NCBI GenBank assembly: GCA_051003195.1
Contig: JBPCLP010000044.1
Coordinates: forward strand, 1 to 64,000
Length of the DNA stretch: 64,000 bases
Direction of reading: 5' to 3'
Origin: Candidatus Sumerlaeaceae bacterium
GTDB taxonomy: Bacteria > Sumerlaeota > Sumerlaeia > Sumerlaeales > Sumerlaeaceae
The notes under the pieces were generated by a model that did no database searches, was not told the DNA's origin, and worked only from the letters and a program-made list of their open reading frames with translations. Shown one piece after another: positions 55,197 to 64,000 of this stretch (its first letter is position 1; every line of letters starts with the position of its first letter). Both the position numbers and the translations under genes were made by a program.

Positions 55197-55865
55197 TCAG
55201 GTGAACCCCTTTGACAGTTGTTCCAGTGTCTCGTATATAACCGTGGAAAGCCGCCGGGCTGCGTCGAGCGGATCGTCGGAATTCATGATTGCACGCATGA
55301 CGGCGATGCCGCTTGCCCCTGCACGGATGCACCCGGCTGCGTTTGTCTCGTCGATGCCGCCGAGTGCGACAATGGTCAGTTGAGGCGATGCGCGCCGGGC
55401 TTCGCGCAGTGCTTCCAGCCCAAGCGGCGGCAGTAGACCGGCCTTGCTCGGGGTTTCGAAAATGGGGCTCAGAGTGCAGAAATCGACTCCATGCTCGACT
55501 GCGTGGGATGCTTCTTCGAGGTTATGCGCTGAGTACCCAGCCAGCCGCGCGACCTCGTGCGCATGCAGCGGCAAGGTGCGTTCGCTAAAATGCACGCCGT
55601 CGGGTTCGTGCAGCAATTCGAACCGGCCGAGCAGATCCGCATTCAAAAGCAGGGGCGCAGCGTGCTCGCGGCAAATTGCCGACAAACGGGCAAATGCCTT
55701 TACGCAAAAGGAAGGCGCTGCACATTTCTCCCGGAACTGAACCGCAGTCACTCCGCCCTGAAGTGCCTGCGAGACAATGCGTTCCAATTCCCCAGGACTT
55801 CGGCCGCGATCGTCGGTGACGAGGTATAACCGCAGTTGCCCGGCTGATAATGCGTGTGAGTTCAT
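55197..55865 (-). CDS. thiE: Thiamine phosphate synthase
   Basis: LYLVTD, QFREK, GVH, SAH, PIFETPSK, ALGGI; the TenI paralogue cannot be excluded. Confidence 0.8.
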   Translation of the reverse strand: MNSHALSAGQLRLYLVTDDRGRSPGELERIVSQALQGGVTAVQFREKCAAPSFCVKAFARLSAICREHAAPLLLNADLLGRFELLHEPDGVHFSERTLPLHAHEVARLAGYSAHNLEEASHAVEHGVDFCTLSPIFETPSKAGLLPPLGLEALREARRASPQLTIVALGGIDETNAAGCIRAGASGIAVMRAIMNSDDPLDAARRLSTVIYETLEQLSKGFT

Positions 55866-55952
55866 CTGATCAAATTCAGGCCTGCGGAATCCTGCACCCG
55901 CAATATTTTGGTTGCGCGGTATCACAGGCAACTTTCGTATAGTTCAGACCTC

Positions 55953-58832
55953 ATGCGTCTTCGCACTTATAGAACGGCTGGCCTGACCTCACCCGGAAGA
56001 TTGCGTAATGCGGTACGGGCAGTAGCGGCGGCGGTGATCGGGGGATGTGTGCTTTGCGGGTGCCTTCCGCAGGATAGAATACGCGCGCTTCGCTTTTCGC
56101 CAGATTCCCGGCTGATTGCATACCTGTCTGACAAGAAAGGGCTTTGCATAGCGGACTGGGCGGCGGGGACCTCACGTGTGATCCTACGAAACTCTGTCGA
56201 AGGCAATGTTCTTGAGTGGTCGCCCGACGGTTCGAAGATTGCGGTGGTCAATGCCTCGGCGGGCAACTGGGACATTGCTCTCGTGGGCCGTGACGGTAAT
56301 ACGACGCAGGTAACTTCCGCAATGGGAAGGAATTCATCGCCACTGTTTACGCGGGATGGCTCTCTTTTCTCCCTGGGAACTGAACCCGGCAAGAACGTGC
56401 TTTACCGGCACGGACCATGGGCTAACGATGTTACGTCCCCTGCTTTGATCCAGACGCATGATGTTCTATTTGCATCCGCAGGGCGCGACAAAATTGCATT
56501 CTACAGCTGCCAGAATTTTCGCCCGCAGCTCGGGCTTTTTGATCCGCGGGTGCAACGAGTGGACATTGTAACCTCCGAGAGCGACGCGTTGGCGATCGAT
56601 CTTTCGCAGCCAAAATGGAATTCCGAAGGTGATAAGCTGCTCTACCTGCACGACGGCGGGCAACCATCGCACACAAGCAAATCCGCTGGAGATGTGAAGG
56701 CGCATGTAACGAACGCCAGCACGGAAAAAAGCCGTAGCCCAACGGAGCTGCACATTGTGAGCGTGACGTCGGAAGGGAGGGTCTCCGACAAAAAAGCCAC
56801 GCAGGATTCAGAAGGAATCCAGCAGGCATGTTTTACGACGGACCCAGATAAGGTTGCCTACCTGAGCAATGGAGTTATCAAGGTCCGCAACGTGAGGGGC
56901 CGAGGTAGCGCGCTCGTGCCGGTGCAAGACCTGAGTGCTTCTCTCATGGAATCCGCGGCGAAGACAAACAGCCTGGCGCTTGTGCTGGAAGATCAATTGC
57001 TTGGTGTCGTTTCACCCGTTTCAGGAAAACCTCACATCCTGACATTCGATCTGCAGGACAAGTTCCTGCTGGCGGAGGAGTATTTTCGCAAAGGTTCCAC
57101 GTCCAAAAGTTATGCGTTGTATGAGGAACTGGCATCGAGCGTCGAACGTACACAGGACCCGGACCTTGCAAAATTTGTGTACGCGGCAAACCTTCAGCGA
57201 TTGGGCCGCACGCGCGAGGCGGTAAAGACGATCGAGAAGATATTATCCTCGAGAAAAGCAGCGCCCACGGTTCCGCGCCAGTATTTATGGAAGGCACTTG
57301 GTTACAGTTATCTCTTGAGCCTGGACGACCACGACAAGGCGCGCATGTATTTTGAGCGTTACGAGAAACAGTTGCACCGCGGGGATCAAACAACAACGTC
57401 GCGCGATGCGTCGCAATTGAACGACACGGCGCTGAATGCACTGGCGATATTAAGACGCAACGAACCTCGGCTCACACGCCGATTTGCGTCGGCGGTGCGC
57501 TCGCGTTTAGCCGGGAATGTGCGCGAGACCGACCGTGCATTCGGAGAGCTGCTGCGAATGGCTCCCGAACTTTCGTCGGTGCAACGCGAGTATCTTCATG
57601 CGCTTGAGGGATATGATCGCGACGTGTACTATTTCAGTCCCACGGAACGGCCGTTCAGTCCGTCGCCCCGGCAAACTGCGGCCTACCTGGAACGGTTCCT
57701 GGAAATTGCCCCACAGAGTTCACTGGCAGATGCGACGCGACTGAAGTTGTTCCTGTTACACGTGGAAAGCGGCCAATACTCCAATGCCAGGGAACTGCTG
57801 GTCCGCGAGCTAAATGGCGAATCAGCTGGAGCGGATAGTATCGAAGGTGTGTTCGAAGTTTTTGGGAACTACCTTGAAACGGCAGAGATGCAGCCGTGGC
57901 TGGAGGCAGCGATGGGAGAGGTGTTCCTACACAGCTCCATACGGCCGAAATTGCAGGAAAGCGTTGAACAGACGAGCATACGTTTCCTGATTCATCTTTC
58001 TGCTGCAAAGCTGGCACTTGTTCAGCAGCGAAATGATGACGCGCGGCAGGAACTCGATGGCGCGCTTGCGCTGTGGCAGCAGCTGGAGGAGCCACAGAGA
58101 AACCAGACCATGAACCGTTTTTTCGCGCGGCTAATCTGCATGCGTGCCAAAGAAGCGGAAACGCGTAACCTTTTCGCGGAGGCGGTGGCTTACTATGAGC
58201 AGGCGCTCACTCACCTGGAGAGGAGCCAAACTGACGAGTTTGAGTTCTACGCGGAAATCAGCTACCGCGCTGACTTCCTGCGGCACGCCCTGACGGAGGG
58301 AGCATCCCTGGCGGCGGAACAGGTACAGATTGAAAAGATCTCGGGAGACGAAGTGGTCAATCCAAGCTGGGATGTTGACAGGTTGCGACGTGGATTTGAG
58401 CGGCAAATACAACGGTACGATTCAACCACGTCGGCGACGGGAGGCAAGCAGCGGCTGGTCTATGCATATGAGTGCGCTATTCTCCTGAGGAAGATGGGCC
58501 GTACGTGGCAGGCCCGAGCGGGGCTCCGTGAAGCAAGCGAAGACTTCGCCCCGGAGTTTCTGCGTCAGAAGTCGCTTCTAGAACTGTCGAGCCTCGACGA
58601 GGCGAGCAACGATCCGTGGAACGCTGCGCGATGGCTTGAGGAAGTTTCGGCGCTTGCGGCTGGTGGCGGTTACATGCATCCCTGGATCTCCTACAACATC
58701 GCCCGGCTGCACCTTGGGATGAACTACCAACGCGAGGCAGCTCGTGAGGCACTGGCTGAGATTGTCAGCTCGCGTCCGGGAACGCCCTTAAGTATCCAGG
58801 CGCAGGAGCTACTCGCGAATTCGACCGACTAA
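55953..58832 (+). CDS. Lipoprotein with TolB-like (PD40) propeller and TPR-like helical region
   Basis: Lipobox LCGC; FSPDS and WSPDGSKIA repeats; TPR-like helices. Confidence 0.72.
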   Translation: MRLRTYRTAGLTSPGRLRNAVRAVAAAVIGGCVLCGCLPQDRIRALRFSPDSRLIAYLSDKKGLCIADWAAGTSRVILRNSVEGNVLEWSPDGSKIAVVNASAGNWDIALVGRDGNTTQVTSAMGRNSSPLFTRDGSLFSLGTEPGKNVLYRHGPWANDVTSPALIQTHDVLFASAGRDKIAFYSCQNFRPQLGLFDPRVQRVDIVTSESDALAIDLSQPKWNSEGDKLLYLHDGGQPSHTSKSAGDVKAHVTNASTEKSRSPTELHIVSVTSEGRVSDKKATQDSEGIQQACFTTDPDKVAYLSNGVIKVRNVRGRGSALVPVQDLSASLMESAAKTNSLALVLEDQLLGVVSPVSGKPHILTFDLQDKFLLAEEYFRKGSTSKSYALYEELASSVERTQDPDLAKFVYAANLQRLGRTREAVKTIEKILSSRKAAPTVPRQYLWKALGYSYLLSLDDHDKARMYFERYEKQLHRGDQTTTSRDASQLNDTALNALAILRRNEPRLTRRFASAVRSRLAGNVRETDRAFGELLRMAPELSSVQREYLHALEGYDRDVYYFSPTERPFSPSPRQTAAYLERFLEIAPQSSLADATRLKLFLLHVESGQYSNARELLVRELNGESAGADSIEGVFEVFGNYLETAEMQPWLEAAMGEVFLHSSIRPKLQESVEQTSIRFLIHLSAAKLALVQQRNDDARQELDGALALWQQLEEPQRNQTMNRFFARLICMRAKEAETRNLFAEAVAYYEQALTHLERSQTDEFEFYAEISYRADFLRHALTEGASLAAEQVQIEKISGDEVVNPSWDVDRLRRGFERQIQRYDSTTSATGGKQRLVYAYECAILLRKMGRTWQARAGLREASEDFAPEFLRQKSLLELSSLDEASNDPWNAARWLEEVSALAAGGGYMHPWISYNIARLHLGMNYQREAAREALAEIVSSRPGTPLSIQAQELLANSTD

Positions 58833-58853
58833 ACTGGAAGTGGAACCAGTGGG

Positions 58854-59585
58854 CTAAAGTTGCGGCTGGCCGGCCAGCGCCGCGCGGCCCGTGTCCACCA
58901 GCTTGCGCAAATTGCCGGTTGTGACATTGCGGAGGCTGCTTACGCCCCCTGCAATGGCGGTGTCGGTGGCGGTGTTTCTGCGGGCCTGCATCATGGCTTC
59001 ATCTGAGTACTTGTGCCGCAGTTCCGCTCCAATGGTTGCGACCGGGTGGTCCTGCACTTCAACCATATGCAACTCGTTGGTGGCATAGCTGCGCAGCCGA
59101 TCGTAGTCCGATAGGTGTGCATTTGCGCGTTCCAGCATCGCGTAGTTTTGCAGCAACTCGCGGTGCACACGTTGCATGCGCTGGCGCTGCAAGCGGCTAT
59201 CGTTAATGACAAAGCGCAGCTGCACATGTGCCACGGCGAGGCCGCCGAGCAATGCGAAGCAGAGCATGCCGCGCGCGATGCGCTGACCAGTAAGTGAAAT
59301 TGGACGTTCCAATGGCGCGATAGGGGTCCGCGGCTCGTTATCGAGGGCCATATCCTGCAGCCGAATTCCGCCGCCGATGCCTGCGATGGATCGCGAGCTG
59401 GCGTGCGCCCCGCGCGCGGTAAACGCACTTTGGGAACCGACATCATGCGGAGAGTACGCAAAAGCTCGATCGTGCGGGTCTTGAGCCTCAACCCGGCTCA
59501 TCAAACCGGAGTGGTCTGTAGGCCTGCGCTTACTCATAGAGTTGAGCTTCTGCGGCGCTGATGGCGGTGTCAAGCGCGACTCCAC
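58854..59585 (-). CDS. FtsL-like bitopic coiled-coil protein
   Basis: Single TM, heptad coiled coil, LSDYDRLRSYATNELHM matching the FtsL C-terminal pattern; start uncertain (59537 possible). Confidence 0.6.
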   Translation of the reverse strand: MESRLTPPSAPQKLNSMSKRRPTDHSGLMSRVEAQDPHDRAFAYSPHDVGSQSAFTARGAHASSRSIAGIGGGIRLQDMALDNEPRTPIAPLERPISLTGQRIARGMLCFALLGGLAVAHVQLRFVINDSRLQRQRMQRVHRELLQNYAMLERANAHLSDYDRLRSYATNELHMVEVQDHPVATIGAELRHKYSDEAMMQARRNTATDTAIAGGVSSLRNVTTGNLRKLVDTGRAALAGQPQL

Positions 59586-59679
59586 TTATTTAATGCAATT
59601 TGACCCACTCGTTAGACGGTTTGAGGTGGGGTAAATCAGGCTTGCAGGCGGCATGCACATTGCGGGCTGGTATTAGGCT

Positions 59680-60312
59680 ATGCGTCGGGCGTTTACCCTT
59701 ATAGAGCTGCTCATTGTTGTGGCGATTATCGCGATTCTCGCGGCAATTGCGGTGCCGAATCTCCTGGAAGCACAGGTTCGCAGTAAAGTATCCCGGGTGA
59801 AAGCGGATATGCGTTCGCTGGCCACGGCAGTGGAATCGTACCGCACGGACAACAATGGATATCCGGAGTACGGGGTGATCCAGTTTCCCGCAACATCGAT
59901 AGAAGATCCAGCCGTGACTACAGGAAACGATTATTTTGAATTCCTGTCCCGTATTCCGGGGTTCTGTGTGACGACCCCAATTGCGTACCTGAGTTCGATT
60001 CCTTCTGATTTGTTTGCAGAGAACCGCTTTGCCGGGCCAAAGCCGCAAACGTGGGACTTTAATTATAAGGGGAGCCGGCAGAACATCCGTCTGTTTTTCA
60101 ATCCGGTGGACAAAGCGCCGGAGCCGTGGATTGGGCCTGCGGGAGCAACGCTGCTCAAAGACTGGGGCGAATGGCGCATTTGCAGCGGCGGACCAGACGG
60201 CACCCGAATTGTTGATGTGAAGGTGAACCGCATCTACGACCCGACGAACGGCACGGTCAGCAAAGGTGACATTGTCCGTAGTCAGCGAAATCCTGAAAGC
60301 CGGCCGAAGTAG
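59680..60312 (+). CDS. Prepilin-type N-terminal cleavage/methylation protein (pseudopilin-like)
   Basis: AFTLIELLIVVAIIAILAAIAVPN; SGGPDG; YDPTNGTVSKGDI. Confidence 0.92.
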   Translation: MRRAFTLIELLIVVAIIAILAAIAVPNLLEAQVRSKVSRVKADMRSLATAVESYRTDNNGYPEYGVIQFPATSIEDPAVTTGNDYFEFLSRIPGFCVTTPIAYLSSIPSDLFAENRFAGPKPQTWDFNYKGSRQNIRLFFNPVDKAPEPWIGPAGATLLKDWGEWRICSGGPDGTRIVDVKVNRIYDPTNGTVSKGDIVRSQRNPESRPK

Positions 60313-60365
60313 CTGCTGTCGGGCTGGTGTGGTGTCCCTGAGATTCGTACCATGTTTTCGGTTTG

Positions 60366-60594
60366 CGGCGCCCCTTCAGGGCGCGAAAAATGGCGTGCTG
60401 TAACCCAGGGCTGCGTCGGCCACAAAAAGCCGTGGCCTCCTTTCCCTGGGCTGGGTCCCGCTGCACCTTCAGTGCAAAAAACCTGAACTGATCGTGCCGC
60501 ATATTTTCAGTTTCCGGCGCCCCTTCAGGGCGCGAAAAATGGCGTGCTGTAACCCAGGGCTGCGTCCCGCTGCACCTTCGGTGCAAAAAACCTG
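60366..60594. repeat. Two direct copies of a palindrome-rich REP-like element
   Basis: Copy 1 60366-60485 (120 bp), copy 2 60515-60594 (80 bp), near identical apart from a 40-bp deletion. Confidence 0.9.
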
Positions 60595-60657
60595 GGGCAG
60601 CGGATTCCAAAAAAGCCGGAATCCGGGAATTATGCTGCGAACTACTGCTACGGCACA

Positions 60658-61356
60658 CTAGGCTTGGAGCGAGCAAACCCAGGCGGGTGGAAAGTTAAAA
60701 AGCATTAAGCGGCGCTGCCTGGGCCGACGGCTGGTGACGTCGTCGATTACCTGTTCGACCATGCGCAAGCGGGTGCGCTCTGCGTCATCCACGAAGGGTG
60801 CCTTGAGGGTGCGAATGCCAACGTACTCGAAGAAATTCACGGTGCCGCCCGGCTTGAGCATCTTCTCGAACGAGACAAAAATCTGGCGCACGAGCGCGGG
60901 GTCGAAATTGTTAAACGGCAGGCCGCTCACGATATGGTGGAAACGCTGGGGTGAAACCAGCTCTTCGACGGGACCATGATGGATGGTAACCTGGCTGCGC
61001 CAGGGTTTGAGCCTGGGGTCGTGGCGGAAGCGCCGCTCGAGATGGCGGGCAAACTCGCGATTGATCTCACACAGGGTAAGGTGATCCCCGTGGCGCAAGT
61101 GCGGCACAATTTCAAGCGTCAACGCACCGGTTCCGGGACCGGCCTCAAGCACTTCAATAGGGCTGCCATCGGCGGGGCGCTCGGCCAGGGGCTCTGCCAA
61201 TGCACGGGCAAGCCACTGCGAACTGGGCGCAACGGCACCTGTATGGTGAAAGTTGCGCATCGTGTGGCGAAAAAAAGTCAGCAAATGTGGCAGCGATTTC
61301 GGCAATTCTCCCCCTGCCCGGCGAAGGTCTAAAGGGTGCTTTACCCTAAGAAACAA
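60658..61356 (-). CDS. SAM-dependent methyltransferase, phospholipid N-methyltransferase (PmtA)-like
   Basis: TGAVAPSS, VLEAGPGTG, CEIN, SGLPF, NFPPAWV; start uncertain. Confidence 0.82.
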   Translation of the reverse strand: MFLRVKHPLDLRRAGGELPKSLPHLLTFFRHTMRNFHHTGAVAPSSQWLARALAEPLAERPADGSPIEVLEAGPGTGALTLEIVPHLRHGDHLTLCEINREFARHLERRFRHDPRLKPWRSQVTIHHGPVEELVSPQRFHHIVSGLPFNNFDPALVRQIFVSFEKMLKPGGTVNFFEYVGIRTLKAPFVDDAERTRLRMVEQVIDDVTSRRPRQRRLMLFNFPPAWVCSLQA

Positions 61357-61456
61357 AACCTGTTCTCTGCAGAGGGATAATCGCAGTCAACCAGCACGTG
61401 AGGCTGCTAAGTGCTGAGCCCTGGGCTTTCCGGCTGATTCTGCCTGTAAAGCAAGC

Positions 61457-63133
61457 ATGGCCCGTACTCCAACCGCGGGTGAATCCTTTCGTATGCCACC
61501 AGTATCACACGCGGCTAACTCGATGATCCCATTAGAAGAAATATTGCGCCGCCGGACCTTTGCGATCATCTCGCACCCAGACGCAGGCAAAACGACGCTG
61601 ACTGAAAAGCTGCTGCTTTATGGCGGCGCGCTGCAACTGGCCGGCTCTGTAACCGAGCGCAAAAACCAGCGTGCGGCAACCAGTGACTGGATGGAGCTTG
61701 AACGCAAGCGCGGCATTTCGATAAGCTCGACCGTCCTGCAGTTTGACTACGACGGCTATCGCATTAACCTGCTGGACACGCCGGGCCATAAGGATTTCAG
61801 CGAAGATACTTATCGCGTTCTGACCGCAGTGGATGCCGTGGTGATGGTTATTGATGCGGCGAAGGGCATCGAAGCGCAAACGCGCAAGTTATTCGAGATT
61901 TGCCGGCGCCGCGGTGTACCGATTTTCACGTTCATGAACAAGCTCGATCGCCCGGGCAAAGAGCCGATGGAGCTGCTGGATGAACTGGAGAGCGTGCTTG
62001 GCATTCATGCGTACGCGATGAACTGGCCGCTGGGCATGGGTCCTGATTTCAAGGGCGTGTTCGATCGCATGAATGGCCAGGTGCATTTTTTCGAGCGTAC
62101 GAGTGGCGGCGCTTATCGCGCTCCGGTGAAAATCGTAGACCTCCATGATGCCACGGTGCGTGAGCAGATGGGCGAGACAGCTGCTAAACTTGTGATCGAT
62201 GAGCTGGAAATGCTCGAGGGCGCAGGAGCGTCTTTTTGCCCGGATGAGGTGCTGGCGGGGCGTGTCACTCCGGTATTCTTTGGCAGCGCGAGTAATAACT
62301 TCGGTGTGCAGATGTTGCTGGATAGTTTCCTGCAATACTCCACACCGCCACGTGCGCGCATGTCGACCAGTGGTGAAGTCATTGACCCGCGGGATCCCGC
62401 ATTCTCGGGTTTTGTGTTCAAGATCCAGGCCAATATGGATCCGAACCACCGCGACCGGATCGCGTTCATCCGGATCTGCTCGGGTAAATTCGAGCGCGAC
62501 ATGGTGGTCGTGAATCCGCGTACGGGCGCACGAGTTCGCCTGTCGAGCTCACATAAACTGTTCGGCCAGAAGCGCGAGACGGTCGACGAGGGTTACGCGG
62601 GCGACGTGATTGGGGTGGTTGGTCATTCGAATTTACACATCGGCGATACACTGACCGACAATTCAGCGGTGGTGTACGACGAGATACCGCGTTTCGCGCC
62701 GGAGTGCTTTGCGATGCTGGTGAGCAGCACAACAGCTCAGTTTAAGCGTTTTCGAGAGGGGCTCGACCAACTGCTGCAGGAGGGTGTAGTACAAGGGCTG
62801 TACATGCGTAACACTACCCAACGCGTGCCGCTGCTGGCGGCGGTTGGGCCACTGCAATTCGAGGTGGTGCAGTACAGACTGCAGTCGGAATATGGCGCGG
62901 ATACCCGGCTGGACACGGCTCCTTACCAGCTTATGCGTTGGATCTCACCTGATGTTGCGCCGGAGGTACTTGCGGACGTTGTAGTCCCAAGTGGCGCGGC
63001 GCTGGCGGACGACTCCGCCGGGCAGCCGGTCATTCTGTTCAGCGGTGAATGGGCGGTTCCCTATTTTACACAGCGCAATCCGGACATTCGGTTGTCGGAG
63101 CTGCCGTTCCGCGAAACGGCATCCGCAAAGTAA
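61457..63133 (+). CDS. prfC: Peptide chain release factor 3
   Basis: RRTFAIISHPDAGKTT, SDWMELE, DTPGH, NKLD, FKIQANMDPNHRDR; true start may be 61493 or 61523. Confidence 0.97.
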   Translation: MARTPTAGESFRMPPVSHAANSMIPLEEILRRRTFAIISHPDAGKTTLTEKLLLYGGALQLAGSVTERKNQRAATSDWMELERKRGISISSTVLQFDYDGYRINLLDTPGHKDFSEDTYRVLTAVDAVVMVIDAAKGIEAQTRKLFEICRRRGVPIFTFMNKLDRPGKEPMELLDELESVLGIHAYAMNWPLGMGPDFKGVFDRMNGQVHFFERTSGGAYRAPVKIVDLHDATVREQMGETAAKLVIDELEMLEGAGASFCPDEVLAGRVTPVFFGSASNNFGVQMLLDSFLQYSTPPRARMSTSGEVIDPRDPAFSGFVFKIQANMDPNHRDRIAFIRICSGKFERDMVVVNPRTGARVRLSSSHKLFGQKRETVDEGYAGDVIGVVGHSNLHIGDTLTDNSAVVYDEIPRFAPECFAMLVSSTTAQFKRFREGLDQLLQEGVVQGLYMRNTTQRVPLLAAVGPLQFEVVQYRLQSEYGADTRLDTAPYQLMRWISPDVAPEVLADVVVPSGAALADDSAGQPVILFSGEWAVPYFTQRNPDIRLSELPFRETASAK

Positions 63134-63150
63134 GGCGCAGGATTCCCGAG

Positions 63151-63549
63151 TTACTGGACAGGTACTGTGGTGGTGGTCGTCACGGTCTCAGTTTGTGTGA
63201 AAGCCTGTGCAGGTGTGGCGATCACAGTGGCAGAGGGGGGCGGCGAGGGCGTGTGCTGGGGCAGGATGCGGTTTGTGGCGGAGGTGGCGTTTTCTCGGAA
63301 CTCACGCGCGTTTGCGGTAAGTGAGCTTGCGGCGTCCTTGACTTCGGTCGCCACGTCGGCGGTCTTGTCGATCACCCGTGCAGTCGCGTCCTTAACTTCC
63401 TCGCGGCTCATGGGCTGTACGCGAATATTAACCGCGTTTTTTCCACTGCCTTCGGCCTCGGGAATTTTCTCTGTGCTCGTCTCCACTTTGCAGGAGCATA
63501 GAGTCAGTGAGGCGGCAGCCGCCGTGAGGAGGGGAATGTAACGTGACAT
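63151..63549 (-). CDS. Hypothetical lipoprotein with Thr/Pro-rich tail
   Basis: Lipobox LCSC after hydrophobic stretch. Confidence 0.65.
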   Translation of the reverse strand: MSRYIPLLTAAAASLTLCSCKVETSTEKIPEAEGSGKNAVNIRVQPMSREEVKDATARVIDKTADVATEVKDAASSLTANAREFRENATSATNRILPQHTPSPPPSATVIATPAQAFTQTETVTTTTTVPVQ

Positions 63550-63714
63550 GATCGTGTTTACGAGAGCCAGTTTAATGCCCGACTTGCAGGAGCAGGGATG
63601 CTTCGACTGCGGTTGTTACTGTTTGCTTCGGCCCCGCTGGCGGGGTTTGCTGCTATACTGCTAAGGTGTTACCAGGAGAAACATAATGGCACCCGGGGCG
63701 TGTGACCCTTCGGG

Positions 63715-63804
63715 TTACTTCTTCTTCGAGGCGGTTTTCTTTGCGCCGGAAGACTTCTTTGCGGGAGCGGCTTTCTTTGCTGCGCCCTTCTTGGCTGTTG
63801 CCAT
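63715..63804 (-). CDS. 29-aa Lys/Ala-rich histone H1-like peptide (absent from ORF track)
   Basis: MATAKKGAAKKAAPAKKSSGAKKTASKKK; AAGGGGTGA RBS; hairpin overlapping the stop. Confidence 0.72.
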   Translation of the reverse strand: MATAKKGAAKKAAPAKKSSGAKKTASKKK

Positions 63805-64000
63805 TTTAAATCACCCCTTTCTATAGGCTGATGTGTGTTACGCGCACGTGAAGTGATCGCGCGCGCGCGCACAGTCAAGTGTTAGTTCATAAAAAATTCT
63901 TGTTGTCTGAGCGCATGAGGAACACAGCTGTTGGGTATGCTGGTGCAGCCCGCACGCCATTGTCGTTGGCCGCTGCAACCCGAGTCATGGAGCGGTATGA

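Noticed and set aside
55866..55950. TPP riboswitch upstream of thiE
   Set aside because: No CTGAGA or ACCTGAT...GCGTAGG core found on the minus strand.

Overview
GC-rich bacterial chromosome segment of about 55 genes with no integrase, transposase, phage or CRISPR array. The pseudopilin-like family (59680) and a C-terminal VNDWELFD tail (10173) suggest Candidatus Sumerlaeota/BRC1; this is inferred from recalled motifs, not from a search. In order, the window holds: a Ser/Thr kinase, a sensor kinase, a YmdB-like phosphoesterase, UdgX, a CbiX/SirB pair, secreted beta-propeller proteins, an atypical heme-copper oxidase cluster, tRNA-Ala(TGC), a nitrate/nitrite assimilation operon, a sulfatase-GH127 fusion, a 2905-aa cyclic beta-1,2-glucan synthase, two sugar ABC systems, a Ni transporter, thrC, thiE, an orphan ftsL-like gene and prfC. 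The best candidate for a new system is the nitrogen operon at 19565-26302. It has a NarK-type transporter and NirB but no NasA/NarB nitrate reductase; instead NirD is fused to a sulfite-oxidase-family molybdopterin domain, and the transporter is flanked by two PII proteins resembling nitrogenase-regulating NifI1/NifI2, with no nif genes in view. Other notable items: an oxidase subunit I with a degenerate D-channel and no subunit II, two apparent non-canonical start codons (CTG, ATA) in stop/start overlaps, three small genes missed by the ORF track, a candidate structured RNA and REP-like repeats. All calls come from motif recognition by eye.
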